Of a DNA stretch of 45,006 nt, positions 14,798 to 29,325 are shown in pieces (the stretch's first letter is position 1; each line of letters begins with the position of its first letter). The stretch comes from Folioceros fuciformis. Its lineage: Eukaryota. Position numbers and translations under genes: made by a program. Below the pieces are notes generated by a model. That model saw only the letters and a program-made list of their open reading frames with translations, did no database searches and was not told the DNA's origin. Where the stretch lies: the NCBI GenBank assembly GCA_049999805.1, contig JBNGIO010006316.1, forward strand, positions 381,034 to 426,039, written 5' to 3'.

Positions 14798-17700
14798 TTA
14801 ACCAAAACCAAAACCCTCGCTTGCTTCATGGATTGCCAGTAGAAGTCGCTCTTCCAATTGTTCCTTGGACGAGTACTCCGGCAAGTCCAGCTGATTGAAA
14901 CTGCACACATCATACATACTGACATCAGCTCCATTCCACAGACACAATAACCTGCTAATGTAGCAGCGTGCGTGTGGAGCATTTCGCAGGCCAGGAAGGC
15001 AAAAACACGTACCATGTATGTGCAGAGGGCAGCCGCTCTGGTGCACCATAGGCCTTATGTATTTGGAATCTCTGAGGACCAGATATACCCTGCAAAGCCC
15101 TAAAACCCTCCAATGGTACCTGGATTGTACCCGAAACAATTAGTTCTCTGTTGTCACACTGTCGACACAACACCCTGTACTACATGGTCACACGTACATA
15201 CCTTAGATGTACCAGTGATGAACTGCAACAGACGTGCCATATCTTCTTTGTTGAATGCACGGACGACATCCCAAAACCACTGAACAACAGCAGATGCTGC
15301 ACTGTATCCAGTGTACTCTGTATTCGCTTTCAAATCCTCCACTACAAATCCAACATGTACAGGTTGGAGTGACGTTCAGACGACCTTCTCGCCGACAATT
15401 TTGCTTCAGGATAAAACTGTTAACCACATTAAGAACCACATTGCACCAAAATGGTGATAGAAAACTCACGATCAATTTCAGGGAGGCCACTTATCAAAAG
15501 CTCCAACTCCTTGTCGTTAAAAATGGAGATAAGCTCTCTGGACACCAGCTCATTGAATCCATCCAAAAATGCTGTTATCTGAGGACGAATGGCAGTCGTA
15601 AGCCGATGCTCTGCCACGAGATCAACATATTCGTGTTTGTTCTCCTCCGTGACTCGGATGGACCGCCCACCAGGTACAAGCTCGTAGTCTGTCACCTACA
15701 GCCACACATTCAGACAGCAGATTACATCACCTTCCAACGATTCAAAGTTGCCATAAAAACAGTTGCACCCCATAATCTGGACACAGTTACCTCAGTTTTC
15801 TCATACAATATATGCTTCTCTTCATCAGCATCCATACTGAACACGAGGCCCAAACTCTCACTGCTCTCATTCTGCGAAGAAAATAAAGACTGTAAGGATT
15901 AACATCAAAGGGGAGCAGAAGCTTCATTTCTAGTAGATTTTGAGGGTCGACAGGTCAAGCAGCACACCTCCAACATCCACTTCAAACTCTTATAGTAGTC
16001 AGGATCAGTGGCCTCAATATCATGATAGGTGACCTTCACTCCCAGTATGTGCTTGTAGAAGGATCTTGTGAAATATACATCAAGCAACTGCCCATCAAAC
16101 AGCGCCTTTGCCACCTGGAATTGAAAACAACAAAACGTGAGGAATACAGCTTCACGGTGACAAATAACCCGTCGGACTCCATATTTGATAAAAACGTACC
16201 ACTCGTCCCACGAACTTGAAGTATGACAAATGCTCAGTCTGGAAGACAGAGTTTGCATTGGGCTGAAAGGTAGACTCGTTCCCCACAGTTGTAAACAGCA
16301 ACGCTCCCTTGTCAAAGACCACTCGAGAGAGCAATTGATACCATTCACGTGTCAGTCCTCCAGCGTCAATACCTTCCTCTCCCTGAAACTGGACAGTCAA
16401 ACGGCCCTTAAGCTCATCTGGAGTGCGCATCCTCAGCTGATTATACGAGTCCTCCAGGACATAGGCTCTGCGCACACAGATGCGCAAAGGTGCATAATGC
16501 TGCTGCTCATGCTGTTGCCTTATCCGAGATCGGAAATAAGCCCTCTTGTTATCAAAGTCAATCAACCTGGGAGTCTTCAACATCAAAGAAAGCGACTTCT
16601 CAAGCAAGCCTGGGTTTTGACGAACAAAAGCATTCAACAGACGCCGATGCTTGTCTGCAAAGCGAGTGAAGGTCATTCCCTTCTCATCAGGCTTCTTTGG
16701 CTGCAGCGAAGGAGATCTTGGAGTCATAACGCTAACTCCTGATGTTGAGGCAGAAGAACTGGCAGCCTCCTTTATCTCCCGGGCCGTAGCAGTACTTGGT
16801 TCCTGTCCACTTGGAGGTGGTCCGGATCTAAGCTTCTCACACAGGACGAAAAAGGCCTCCACGAATGGCAGAACTTTTTGAGTTCCTGGAGGTAGAGGCG
16901 GAGCAACAGCCGCAGCCCCCACTGAGGCAGCTGCGACAGCAGCACTACTCGAGGTTGCCATCACTGACGTGTGACCTAGCCTGCACTCTATCTTGCCGAC
17001 ACACAAGCTTAATCCACACCATAAGCTCTCGAGGTCCCCATTCAAATCTCTGACTAGCACCATGCCATCCTCCTGCTCTTTCTCAAAGGGAGCATCCTGT
17101 CCCTTCTCTCTCTCTGCTCCGCCAATACCAGTGAGGGCACTCAAAGCCTGTAACACTCGTAAAATAGCAGCCCCAGCCATCGATGACGTGCTCACCACAA
17201 CGTTCTCTGCATCTGCTAAACTCTGTAATTCATCCACAGCAGGAGCACTCAGCATTCGTGCTGCGTCTGCCAGCTCCGTCACAAAAAGCCGCCGATGCAA
17301 GGGTGCTGCAATTGCAAGCTTCTTTAGAACCTCTGCAACTCGCGAGTATGCCATATCTGACAGCCTGCAACCAAAACATTGTTAACCATTTATCGTTGAG
17401 GTGATCTTTGCAGCTGGTAACAGCAGAATAGAAAGCTAAAAAGGTCTAGATATTACGCAAAAGGTGTCCGTCAGTTCGGCCCTCAAATCATAGCTGCCAG
17501 AAATCCACACTTACCCCTCACGAGCTAAAAGCTTGCACAAGTTGCGAAGCTCTGGCTCTGGTAGACTGAGGAGAACAGTTTCTGCATCCATTTTCTTATC
17601 AGAACCGGATGTTGAGGCTTCCAAAGGCTCTGCAGAGGCGTTCCCAGCCTCGGCTGTTTCATCTGGTCTTGGTGCATCAGCTGCTGCAATCGTCTCTGGC

Positions 17701-20700
17701 ATAGGTTGACTACTGGCACCATTTTGTGGATCTGCACCTTGTCCCAAAGCTGCTTCTGAAACCGCTACAGCAGGCTTAGGAACAGAATCAGCGGCCTTTG
17801 TGCGGGACCGCAGCTCAGCCTTCACTCCCGCGTTAGTAGTTACAACCTCAAGGAGACCCATCACCTGTACACCATGCCCAGACATAAATGACAAAGATTA
17901 TAATTTTCACATGAACGACAGCATTATGCACAGGAAAAACTGCAGCCCACCTGCTCCAAATGAGCACTGCTTCTTGAGTAAAGAGGCTGATTCAACAGTT
18001 TCAACAGCAAAATTAGGGGGACTTCCCCTTTCCTTCTCCGCTCAGCAACGTCCACAACAGCAGCTCCATCCACAAGCTTTGCTTTGCCTTTCTCTTTCTT
18101 CAATTCATTTGATTTCTGCTGCTCGGGTGTTCCAGAAGAACCATTCACAGGATCCAAATACAGTAGCAGACTCGCCACAGCAGAATGGCTTCTAGCCAGG
18201 GACGTTAATATCTCCAGAACTCTACGTGACACAAGTGGTGGAACACCTGCAAAAGACACGATCAAGGTTTGAATCAACATCAAGGTTCCAAACACTTCAA
18301 AAACAAAGTTCCAATCAGGATAAGCTTGGAGGACAAGTGGTTAAGGAATCACTATTACCATCAGATGATTGTGATCGAGCATATACAATGTTCCATTGGC
18401 AACCATAGAGTCCCTGTGAAGGAGCTCCACTGGCTGTCCCAGTGGACCCCACCTCAGCCTCTGGTCGTAGCATGTCCAAGAGCAACTGGAGCAATGTTAC
18501 TCGGGTAACACTGTGAGCACAGAGATTGAGAAGCAGGCGTTGAAGGAGTCCCTTTCCAAGAGGCTGTACCTCAGCAAACAAGAAAAAAAAATGTAAAGAA
18601 CATTCCTAAAAGTCAAATAGTTGTGAAGGAAAAACGGTCCGTTGGGCAACAAGGCACACAAGGAGCAACCTGAGCAAGCCTTAGCAGGCGCAGCATGGCC
18701 TTCAAAGCTGCTGTATCTACCAGAGGTTTCCCTTCTGCTTCTTTCATGCGTCCACTGCCACCAATTGGTACACCTGTTCTTCGTGCAGTCTGAAGAGCTT
18801 GACCCCCGCCTATACCCCGTTCCATTCCAGACGGCCCTATACCAGGACCAACACTTATGTTGTTCCTTCTATTAGCAATCCTATTAGCTCCTCCAAAGAG
18901 GCCCCTCGCCTGATACTGATTCATTGCCCTTTCACGCAGCAATTGAGCTTCTGCAAGTAGAGCAGGAGGAAGAGCCGCTAACACAGCTTCAGAAGATGTC
19001 AGAAGCACCTGCACAATCAAGCATTATATTAGCAGCATAAGCAGGGATTCTTTTACACTAAAAACATTACCATGACTAGCTCTGACAAGGAAACCACAAC
19101 AGTACACCCTATCGAAAAGGTTGAAAGCCGATCCTTCTATCACCTCACCTCTTCCCGAAGCTCAGCTGGAAAGGTGGCAATAATAGACGCACTGTCCATG
19201 TCCACTGGCTGCCCCTCTATCTGCTGTGCCAGAACAATCCTTTGTGCCCGCTGTTGTGCGAGTACTTCTGCTTGAATGTCCGGAGGCAAAGCTGCTAGAA
19301 ACTCGGGATCAATATCCTCAGTGGGGGGGGGCATGTGATTCACAGCTCTCGCCACCTGTGTCTGCTGAGAGGCCAATACTTCAGCTCGCAAGTCCTCAGG
19401 AAGAGCCTCAAGAAAAGTAGGATCTATGGAGTTAATAGCACCGTTCCCACCATCCCCACTCCTAGTCTCCACACCAGCCACTTGGGCGTGCTCACTAGCG
19501 TTTGTGTGCCCATCGGGCACAGCAGCATCCACTGTCATACGCTCACTACCATTACCAGCAGCTCCAGCTGCCTCCATGTCCTCATCTGCATCACCATCAC
19601 CTACTCTTGGATTACTACTCTCTGCTCTTGGAAGACCTTCAGCCCCTCCAGCAGAAGGCACATCTCCAGCACTTAGCCTGTCTTGTCCCCCTTGCCGATC
19701 CCCTTCGTCATGACCATCAGCACTACCTATTTCTACCTCCAGACTACGAAGGCTCTCCCCCACAGTCGCTCCACTGCCTCCACTATCCTGACTACCGGCT
19801 TCTGCATCTTGGCCTGTCGGCTCGTCCCTGTTCTCTTGCATCTGTACATCCAGCCCGGAATGTCCTGGTCCTGTTGGCACTTGCTCGGGTGGACTCTGCT
19901 CACTAGTTTGAGGGGGATCACATGCATTGCTGCCGTGACCCACACCAAGATCTCCATCTGAGCTTCCAGGCTCTGCATGTACATTCCCATCAAGATCTTC
20001 ATTCACACTTCCCTCTGTTGCTCTAGAAGGGGCCTCTCGCTCAGCAACCCCAACAGCTTCCACACTCTCAGGCACATGAGTATCCGCAGGGCCAGAACTT
20101 GCAGGCACGTTCACAGCAGCAGTAACAGCAGCAGGTTGTGAATCGCCTGGAGATAGAAGACGAAGCTGTGAAATAAACTGCTCCTCAATTGCAGATGCAA
20201 CTGCAGCAGCCTGGGCTCCGGCTTGTGGCTGTCCATCATCAGTCCAGGTGCTCAATCGACCATCAATTCGACCACCCCTTCTACCCATCAGATACACTGG
20301 GTCCATAGGGAAGTCCAGGAGAGGAGGAGGAGCGATACCCCTTTCCCCAAAGAGCATATCACCAGCCTGATCTAACATTGGCCCATCATACATGTAAAAG
20401 TGAGTAAAATCAAACCCAGCTCCCAATATAGCGTCCGCATCCCTGACCAGAGAATTGCTAGGCCAAACTGTTTGTGAACCAGCTCCTAAGCCAGCAGTGG
20501 GTACAGGCCGAGTTAGAAGAGGATGGTTGAAAGCACTACCCCGTTCCCCAACAGGCCGCTCTTGGAAAGTCCTGTATGGAGGAGGCCTCCTTCCTCGGTT
20601 GTCAGCAGCTGCTTGACGACGAAAAGAGCCAAACACGTCATCCATGTTCATAGCCTGGAAGGGGTCACCTGGAAAATCTACTACACTAGTACCACCCGCT

Positions 20701-20914
20701 TGTCCTACAACCTGGACATGGTTCAGCCCAGTCAAGCCGTCTCGCCAACGGACCTCAATGACACGATCTGCCTGCCAATCATCCTCCTCATCTTCTTCCT
20801 CAACCATGTCTTCCTCATACTCATCCCCTATCCCAAGCTCTTCCTGATCTTCAACATCAGTGTCAGGAGGGGACATAGGCTGGACACCATCACCTTCCAT
20901 GTCATCTTCATCTT

Positions 20915-20948
<34 letters not shown>

Positions 20949-23900
20949 CTCCTCTTCATGTTCATCAGCCTCATCTCCATCCATATCTTCTTCCTCCTCC
21001 TCATCTCCAACATCAGCAGCCACATGTTCCATCCTAAATGCCATTTCTGCAGCAGCATCCTCCACATCCTCATCCCCGGCTTGCATAATATCCTCTGCGA
21101 GTGCATCCAGCTCGACACCCAGGCGAGCCACTCCATCCACACTCCTTTCCATCCTTGTGTCTTCATCCATTTGCTCATCCCTAGCACTAACTGCAGTGAC
21201 TGCACCAATAAGACGATTTGCTTCCAACGCTGCCTGCTCAACAGCTATTCCCCTCATCGCATCATTACTTCCCTGTTCTGGCAGTGCCGTTTGTATTACG
21301 ATGTCTGCCAAAATCGCAGCAGGCACAGAGCCTCTAAACTCCCCAGCCCGACCAACTGCCGCAGTTCGTCTCTGGCTAGCACCATCAGGACCACCAGACT
21401 GTTCACCGGCACTGACAGATCGAGTCAAGGGTTCTAGAGATTTCAGAACACAATTTACAAGCTTTGGAGCATCAGGATGATCAAGATCAATAACCTGCAG
21501 TGTGCTTGTCAACGCTTGCACCATACCGGCTTCCATCATTGCCTTTGCCATGTCTGAGGAAAACCCTGGAGCTTGTGTGTTGCCTGGTGACGGGTGAGAT
21601 GACAGTATAGAGCTCACCAGTTCAACAAAAGCCCGAACTTTCCTGCTCGGCTGTTGGAGGCCCCTGGATGCCTTTAGTTCAGCACCCGCTGCTGCTGCAG
21701 ACAGGGCCCTTGCAATCTCCATAACAACACGTCTTCTCCCTTCTCCTGACCGGACACAAATAGCCATTAGAAAGTAGCCTGCTCTCTCCGATAGCTTCTC
21801 CCTCCACTCATCTTCATTCAGCTTCTCAGCTCCCTTGCTCCCTGTACTGGGAAGTAGCCTGTGGAGAACATGATACAGTAGGCCTCCATGGCCAATGGCA
21901 TCCACCCCTCCTTGTGAAGGGCCTCGACTCTGGCTGCTTTCAGAATCTCGTCGAAGAACCACGGTCACTGCTGAAATGTACATCAGCAAAATATCAGTCG
22001 TAAGTTTGAGAATGAAAGTAACCTTGGCAAGAGCAGCTGCACTCTCCGAGATACTCTCCCCATCCTGTTTCACTCCATCAGTAACTTTCGCTTTGCCCTT
22101 ATCCTTAAGTGCCACATCATCAACTTCCATGGCAGTTGCCGAACCTGAGCTACTATCCTGAGTCACATGATCACCTTCGATCTCCGCTGAAGGATAATGA
22201 AGAACAACTTCAAGCAATTGATCTATTACTTGGGAAAAGCTGTGAGGAACTTTCTTATGACTCTTCAAAGACTTGCTCGATGGCTCTGATAATTTGGCAC
22301 TGCCATCTCCTGCAGGCAATGATGATCCAGCTTCAGTAACACCTCCCTGGTGGCTACTCTTCACTCTGTCTCGGTCCTTCTCACCTTTATCCTTCTCTTT
22401 ATCCTTCTCCTTATCCTTCTCTTTATCCTTCTCTTTATCCTTCTCTCTATCCCTGTCCTTCTCCTTCGTCAGAACAATTACAGGCCTTCCTGCAATGGAC
22501 TCTAGCTGACACACAGCACTTGCAGCCTGCATAAATATTCCAGAATCTCGGGACACTACTGGAGCCATGGATGTCAAGAACATGCGAGGTGACACGCGTC
22601 CATTATGCCGAGCAAGAATGGCAACCAACGTTTGTCTTATCTCGTTTTCCATAGCTTGCTGCAAGGTGTGAGGATCCTCCAGAAGATGGCGGATAATGGC
22701 AGCAGCAACACTGTCAAAGCCAGAAAACAAGCAGCTCTGCGGCAAGGCCAGCAGAGCTTGCAAGCCTTCTGCTTCCAGAAACTGCATTGCTACGGGGTGC
22801 GTCTTGGTCAGCCTGGCACACAACTGAAGCACAGCTTGCACAGCACTTGTTGGCAGATGCAAGTGCAAAAGACGGCAGCAAAGGGACATTGCCCTTTTCT
22901 GTTCACCATCTGTCATATAACCTGTGGGATTTCCCAATATTGCAATGAAAGGGTTGAGATCATTTTCCTTCACAGCAAGAGCATCCGAACTGGGTGCGTG
23001 TGGTGCAACTGCAGAACCTGACACAGCAGTAGTGCTCGCTGCTGCTGCAGTTGTTGTAGAGGAGGCATCGGTATTTATCTTTGGCTTGTATTGCAACATA
23101 TGATCAAGAACCAGTAGTAGGGCACTAACCCATTTGGGCACATCGACAGGATGGTTCTCAACCTCACTGGGTGTGAAGTTCATCAATGTGTCCAGTGCTA
23201 TATCCACAATGCCATTTTCAGCAGCTATCTCCCTAGCTGTGCTGTCCTCACTCAGCACCAAGGCCAGTGTATGAGCGATAGTTGACAGGGGGCTTGTATC
23301 ACCAGCAGCATCCTCAGAATTCTTCAACTGCTTCAACTGCAGAATCAAGTAAGATATGACCCTCGGGCGATCTTGACCCTTATTCCGGTTGCACATGGTA
23401 ACAAGCAAGTCTGTCAGAGGAAAAGCAACAGCATCCGTATTTTGCAGTAAATTCATGCAAGTTGCTAACATGTCTTCAATTGGTGGAGCTTGTGGACAAT
23501 CTTCCTCAGCAGGAGCCTCCTTAGCCTTCCCCGCAGCAGTGTCTTCCTTTACTGTGCCTTCACCACCACTTAATGACAATGCAAGTGCACGAGCAAGTTC
23601 ATCTTCCTCCTGAGCAACTTCTTCTGGATGGCTGAAGAGCCATTCCGTGGCCATCTCCACACTATTGGTTTCAACCCTTCGTAAAGCCTCCTCTGCTCGA
23701 GCCCTTGAGAAACCCATTTCCACAATCACGGAAATGCAAGTTTCATCTGGTGGAGGTCCCATCAAGCGAACCCCTGAACCAGCCGGGCCCGTAATTCTAG
23801 GGGCCTTTACATCTCCAACCCCAGAATAGATGTGGGTAACAATAGCTGCAATTGCTGTGATGAATGTGGGGCTACACTGTGGGAACAAAGGATTGTTCCA

Positions 23901-26900
23901 GACTGGCAGAATAACTTCCAACACTTGAGCTTGAAGAGCACGAACAAAGGCCTCAGGGTCTTTTGGAACTGAAAGAGATCCTCCAGTAACTGGCTGCACA
24001 AGCAACGGTGCCATTGAAGGTTGTGCCATTAGAAGAGATGATGTCACCAAATGCTCCAAGAGTCTTGCGTAACTCCTTAGGGTATCCAACAACCACACAT
24101 GCTCTGATTTTTCTTCTGCCTTCTCAGTTTCCGGCCTACCATTCTCCATCTCCATTGGAGAAGCAGATGCCTGAGCAACTGACCACAACAGCTGACTCGT
24201 TGCGCTAAAAGTTGTCAGCAACTCCTTCACAGCGCCGTGGGCATAGAGGTGGTTCACTAACACAGTGTTGCATGTCCTCCGTCGACTGTCAAACACGACA
24301 GACGTGAGGTCTTCCACCACTTTCCCTAGGTACCGGCACTTGATAGAAACTTGAGCTTCAGGCAGACCTGAAGGCATTACATCTCTGAGGCTAAGATTGT
24401 CTTTCAGAAGCTTTGCAAGGGCTGAGGCCACAGATTTTGCAGCTGAGCTCAATGTTACAGCATCATCGCGCCGACGAGAAGGAACAATCATGGCCTTGCC
24501 AAGAGCTACATACAAAACTCGAGCTGATGATGCAAGCCTCGACAACATGTCAGCATTAACAACGTCAGGAGACTTGCGTTTCCCAGATTCCTGAGCCTGA
24601 GCAGTTTCGACCAGGCCTGGAGCACTCTCCAGATCAAGCTGCACGGCATCAGCATGGCGAGCTGTAAGCCTGCCAAGGCGTGCAATTTGACTTATAGTAG
24701 CCTCAGCATTTGCAGCCTGATCCCTTCTTGCCCTCCGATGTGGATTATCTGTATGCAAAACAGGAAACAACTCGGGTTCAACCCCCCAATGAGCAACAGG
24801 CGCATTCCTAAGAGGAACAGGATTAACGTATCTGACAACTGGAAATGCATCCTGGTCATCCTCAGACTCCCTGTTTCCAGTATTTCCTGGTGTACTTCCT
24901 CCTGGACTTGCACTCTCCGGTTCCTTTTTAATCTCAACTTTCGAGTCATCTGCCCAGGATATCTGCCATAAAACCTCTCTGTGAACCTTCCCTATCTCAT
25001 TCAAAACCTCTGCGCCTTGATTGCTGAGTTCAGTCATCATAGCGGCAGAGCTCCCAGCAGATCCTCTTACAAGCACAGCTGATAATGAAAGAAAGCACTC
25101 AGCAGAGGACAGACTCCTCACAACTTTCTGCTTAATCCCAGGCTCCAAGTCAGCCAATTTAATCCCAGAGACAGAATTTAAGACGCTAAGTGTTGACCTT
25201 AGGTGCTCCTTCAGAGCTCCACATACAGCTCGAGTGAGAGCAGTTGCATGCTGGGGAGAAAACGAACGAAAGGCTATAGACATGCTGTGTGCAGTGGGTG
25301 AACCACCAAAAGAAACAGGAAGATGTGGTAAAGTGTACAGCTGCAATAGCGCCTCAATGCCCTTTTTCTCAATGAACACCCTACTAGTATCCGCATTTTG
25401 CAGCATTGATTCCAACATCCGCACAGCATTGGTGATACACTCAGGGAGGAATGTTTCCAGGTTAGCGCTGGAGGATTCAGCCCCAGGCTCAGCCGCTTGC
25501 AGAGAGGATCCTGCTCTGGATGTCTCATCACCTGCCACTGGTGCTTCCATGTCCGTATCCATCGGAACAGCAACATCTGTACTGCTACTCTCGTGTGGCG
25601 AGGTTGAATTCACATCAATGGCACCACCAAGGGATGCAATTGTCTTCAAAATCTCTATGCAAGTGTCGATACCTGGAACTCTCAGAGATGGGGCATGGCG
25701 CATCAGCTCATCCAGTCCAGAAGCAATAGTTCCAGGAGTATCATTACCCAGAGCCCGCAGGTATGTCTTGGAGGTGAAGATCTTCACAAAGCATGACAGA
25801 GCATTGCGATCCTTCACTGCCTGCAACCCAGAATTGTTCAGACATAATGCATCCAAACTATTTGGTATGCATCCCACGGCCTCAGAAGAAGGCAATACCC
25901 CAGTTGTGATGGCATCCAGAAATGCTTTTGGCAAGCCAGCAGCATCCAGCGCTGCAAAGCATGTCGGATCCTTGTGTATCAAATCACTCATCACCGATGC
26001 TGCTAAGGAGAATACTCCACCACCAAACTCTCTGGAATGCCTAAATATAGTTGCCAAACATGCAGGCAAGGAGCTCTCTTCAGAGCCGTGCAGTCGGGCA
26101 GTGCTGCCAGGAGCGTAGGTTCCCAAAGCAATCGCACGCAGCAAAGCTTTCAGCAACAGCCTTTGATGATAGGGAATCAACGATTCGGAAGGACCCATGA
26201 CTGGCTGCTGGGCATCCCCATCCTCAATCATTGGTGCCTTACCCTTGTTGTCAAGGGATTGCAGTTCCTCCTTGTGGCTTTTGGCATTGTCTTCAACTCT
26301 GCTCACTTCCAGCTTTAACCGTGCAATAGTGTCATCCAATCCCCCAAGATCCCTGAAAAGTGTACCCGCTGGATTGCTGTAGTCCATAAATGCCTCCAAG
26401 ATGTGTACCGCGGATGTCACAAGATGCATATGATGTGGATCCATGTCCTTAAGCAAAGGAAGAAGCGTTGGGATCAAACCAGCCTCCCTCAGTGCCCCAC
26501 ACCCAGATGACGATGATACAAGGACAGTGACAAGTGAAAGCAGCGCTTCCACAAACTGCACTGAACATCCGACCGTCCCACCTGTGACTGAACCCACAGC
26601 TTTCTGCATCAGACTCGGGAGAATGCCACGATGCCCCCCCGCACTGATCACAGTCATTACATTTGATTGTCGAGGCCTGTCTTGAGCTTGCGCAGCCAAA
26701 GCAAGAACCGCCAGTATCCTTACTTCCTCTGGAACTGAATCTTCATACCGCAAAATTGTGACTAGCTCGTTGACAAATTCCGGTTCATTGATAAAAAATG
26801 CAGTCAAGTCCTCATGCTCAGGGTTCGACTGAAGCAGCACTGTAAAAGCAAGAAGGCGGATACAGATGTACTGCCGCCTGCTACCCAAAGATGCAAACGC

Positions 26901-28476
26901 CCTTGCAAACCGGAGCCTCGTCAGCAGGGAGAACCTAAGATTTACAGGCACTGTATACATATCAACCAGCTGCTTCAAAAGCACAAGATCACTTTCAGGT
27001 CGGAGATGCAAGTCCGGAATATGAATAACTTGTAAACCTGCCGTGGTCTCCTGTTCCCCTTCCAACTCATGTCCATCTGCATAGAACTCAAAATGCAGTG
27101 TGGAACCCAGTCTGCAGGCATCCCCATCACACCCGTTTTCAACTGCACATGCCAAGAGCCCAAGGCCCTCCTCCTTTCCTCCCCATCCTTGGGACAACGA
27201 GAAGAGACGAGCATTCAGTGCAGAGTCTCCATGCCAGCGCATAGCACGGTTGGGTTGCACTGGTTTCTTCACAAATGCTGCCAGAGTTTGCAGCGCGGCT
27301 GTGACAATCTCTGGGTCCGTTGAGGCAAACAATGATGATAAATGCTGCACACAGACACGCAGCCCACATGAAACAAGACTGCTAGTGCCGTTTCCCGGCC
27401 TACGTTTACATCTGAAAAAAACCAAACAAAAAACAAAAGAGGGAGAGAGAGAGAGAGAGACGATCAAGCTTCTCCAGATTGCTCTTATCCGCTTACCTCA
27501 TTTGAGTTATACAAGTACTTATTTACACAGTTCTCGAGAATTATACGAGTGGCTCGGAGTATCTGCAGAACTGCTGACTTTGGGAACGGACTGTCTCCTT
27601 CCAGAAAGTCACCTTCCAGCTGCAGGTCCCTTCTAGGTTTGACAAACTTCTCAAAGAAGGATTCAAAGTGGTTGAGAAGGTCAACCCAGTGATGAAAGTC
27701 GCCCTGCAGGCCGTAGCAGCAGATGCATGCAAGTTAACAAGGGGCGAGAAGTGAGGAGCTGAAAATGTTCAGACGCTTTGCAAAGCTCAGAACCAATGCG
27801 ATAGCGGTACAACCCTAGGCATGCACTCTCACCTTTTCGTAGTCCCAAGAGAACTTGGCAAGAGGGACATCAATTATCTCCAGAGGTGTGCTGGTTACAG
27901 TGGTGATGAAACTCCTCACCTTGGGCGGCTGCCACGACGAGCATACACAAGTCAAATCCCAGTAGAGCAAGACAGCTGAGAAGCTGCGGCAAGCAAGGAA
28001 CTGACCACCGTGCATCAAACACGAGGAATTGAGCCTGCAGGATAGGCATGGGCATGCCACACGGGTTCTAAGTCCTATCACAGAGACGACAGGCAGGCTA
28101 GCAGAAAAAGCGAAGACCGCGACTGCTGCCGCACAGTCACAACGGAATCTGCTCGGCATGTTGCAGCCGCATGGTGGGGATCCTGGTGGAGGACCTGGCG
28201 TGAGTAGATCGAGATCCCGGCCAGACCCAACATTGCCACCTACCGAGTCCACAACTAGGCAGAGGGAGGCAGGCAGAGCAGAAGGCAGTGATCCCTGCGC
28301 TAATCGCAGCAGGCAAGAAGTGCATGCAAATTGGAGATCAAGGGGCGTGCGTGCCGCGAGCTCGGGAGGAGGAGCAGCACTTTCTTTGGCATGCGGCATC
28401 GCCAAATCCATGAAGGGAATGGAAAGCAGGAGAATTGACATACCGCTTCGACGCCGCGCTTTTTCTTGGCCTTCAT
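14798..28476 (-). CDS. UPL1: HECT E3 ubiquitin ligase UPL1/UPL2 (HUWE1/Tom1 family)
   Basis: Exon 1 28476-28444 [11 protein letters not shown]; exon 2 27928-27833 PPKVRSFI; exon 3 27703-27497 GDFHHWVDL; exon 4 27344-19149 (DUF908/913-like region, [16 protein letters not shown], acidic tract, [21 protein letters not shown]-type repeats). HECT motifs [16 protein letters not shown] and catalytic LPSAHTCFNQLDLP (Cys codon split by an intron). Ends EGFGFG*. Confidence 0.97.
22375..22465. repeat. 12-bp coding tandem repeat encoding (DKEK)n in UPL1
   Basis: (CCTTCTCTTTAT)n-like array on the + strand, translating [29 protein letters not shown] on the - strand. Confidence 0.85.
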
Positions 28477-28838
28477 GGCGAGGTGGTGGAGGGGAATTGG
28501 TCAATGGTCGGGGAAGTGACGCATGCTGCGGGCGCGCGGACAGCGCCTAGGCCGGCGGGCGCAGGCACCTGTGGACCTGCACAAGCCAAGAGCGAACACG
28601 GGAGCGCGTGAAGCGGGCCACCCGAGGGCCCCTGGAAGGCAGCCACGGGCCGAGCTTTCCTGAGCCTGGACTGAGCAGCGGCGCAACAAGAAGACGCAAG
28701 CGGGCGGGCGGCGGGGCAGAGAGGCAGCGAGAGGGAAGGGCGAGGCACGCAGACGCATCAGCAGCCGCAGCCGCTGCCGAGGCACAGTCCCGGTGGCGCA
28801 GGCGGATCCCTTCAGGTCCAGCGCCCGATCGCGGGACA

Positions 28839-28881
28839 CAGCAGCAGCAGCAGTATCAGCAGCAGTAGCAGCAACAGCAGC
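28839..28881. repeat. (CAG)n-like microsatellite upstream of UPL1
   Basis: cagcagcagcagcagtatcagcagcagtagcagcaacagcagc. Confidence 0.8.
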
Positions 28882-29143
28882 CGCGCTGCCTGCGGAGACA
28901 CCGGCACAAACTGGGCAGGCGGTGGCAGCGAGAACCAAGAGGTAGGGCAGGGAGCAGGAGGCAGAGCGAGCACGGCAACCTCAGGCACGCAGACGACAGA
29001 AGGCCAAGGGGAGGGGGGAGGGGCCGGGAGTCCAGGGGAGGAACGCAAGCAAGCCAGGCCAAGCCAAGGGAAGGAAAAGGCAGAGACGAGACGAGACAGT
29101 ATGCGGGAAGCGGAAGCACACAGGGGGGGGCTGCTGGGCCGAA

Positions 29144-29191
29144 CTGGGCTTGGGCTGGGCTGGGCCGGGCTGGGCTGGGCTGGGCTGGGCT
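29144..29191. repeat. (GGGCT)n pentamer array, nine GGG tracts; G-quadruplex-capable and a tandem of site II (TGGGCY) motifs
   Basis: ctgggcttgggctgggctgggccgggctgggctgggctgggctgggct. Confidence 0.8.
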
Positions 29192-29316
29192 GCCCGGCGC
29201 TGCACTGGGAATTCAAGACACAATATGGAATGGTCTTAACTCACCCAATTCTCCTCAACTAATAATAACCATTCCTCTCGGTGCTCACGGTTGTTAGTGT
29301 GAATACGTCTCCCACT

Positions 29317-29325
29317 AAACCCTAA
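29317..29325 (+). promoter_or_regulatory. Telo-box (AAACCCTAA) in the UPL1/SHPRH divergent intergenic region
   Basis: Exact AAACCCTAA about 130 bp from the TGGGCY array. Function is inferred only. Confidence 0.45.

Noticed and set aside
20523..26118. Long plus-strand ORFs (304, 206 and 365 aa) antisense to UPL1
   Set aside because: Shadow ORFs expected opposite a long coding exon and low-complexity tracts; no recognisable motifs.
28501..29223. ORFs with SPAQP, poly-Ala or poly-Leu repeats upstream of UPL1
   Set aside because: They are translations of GGGCT and CAG microsatellites in GC-rich promoter/UTR DNA, with no domain signal.
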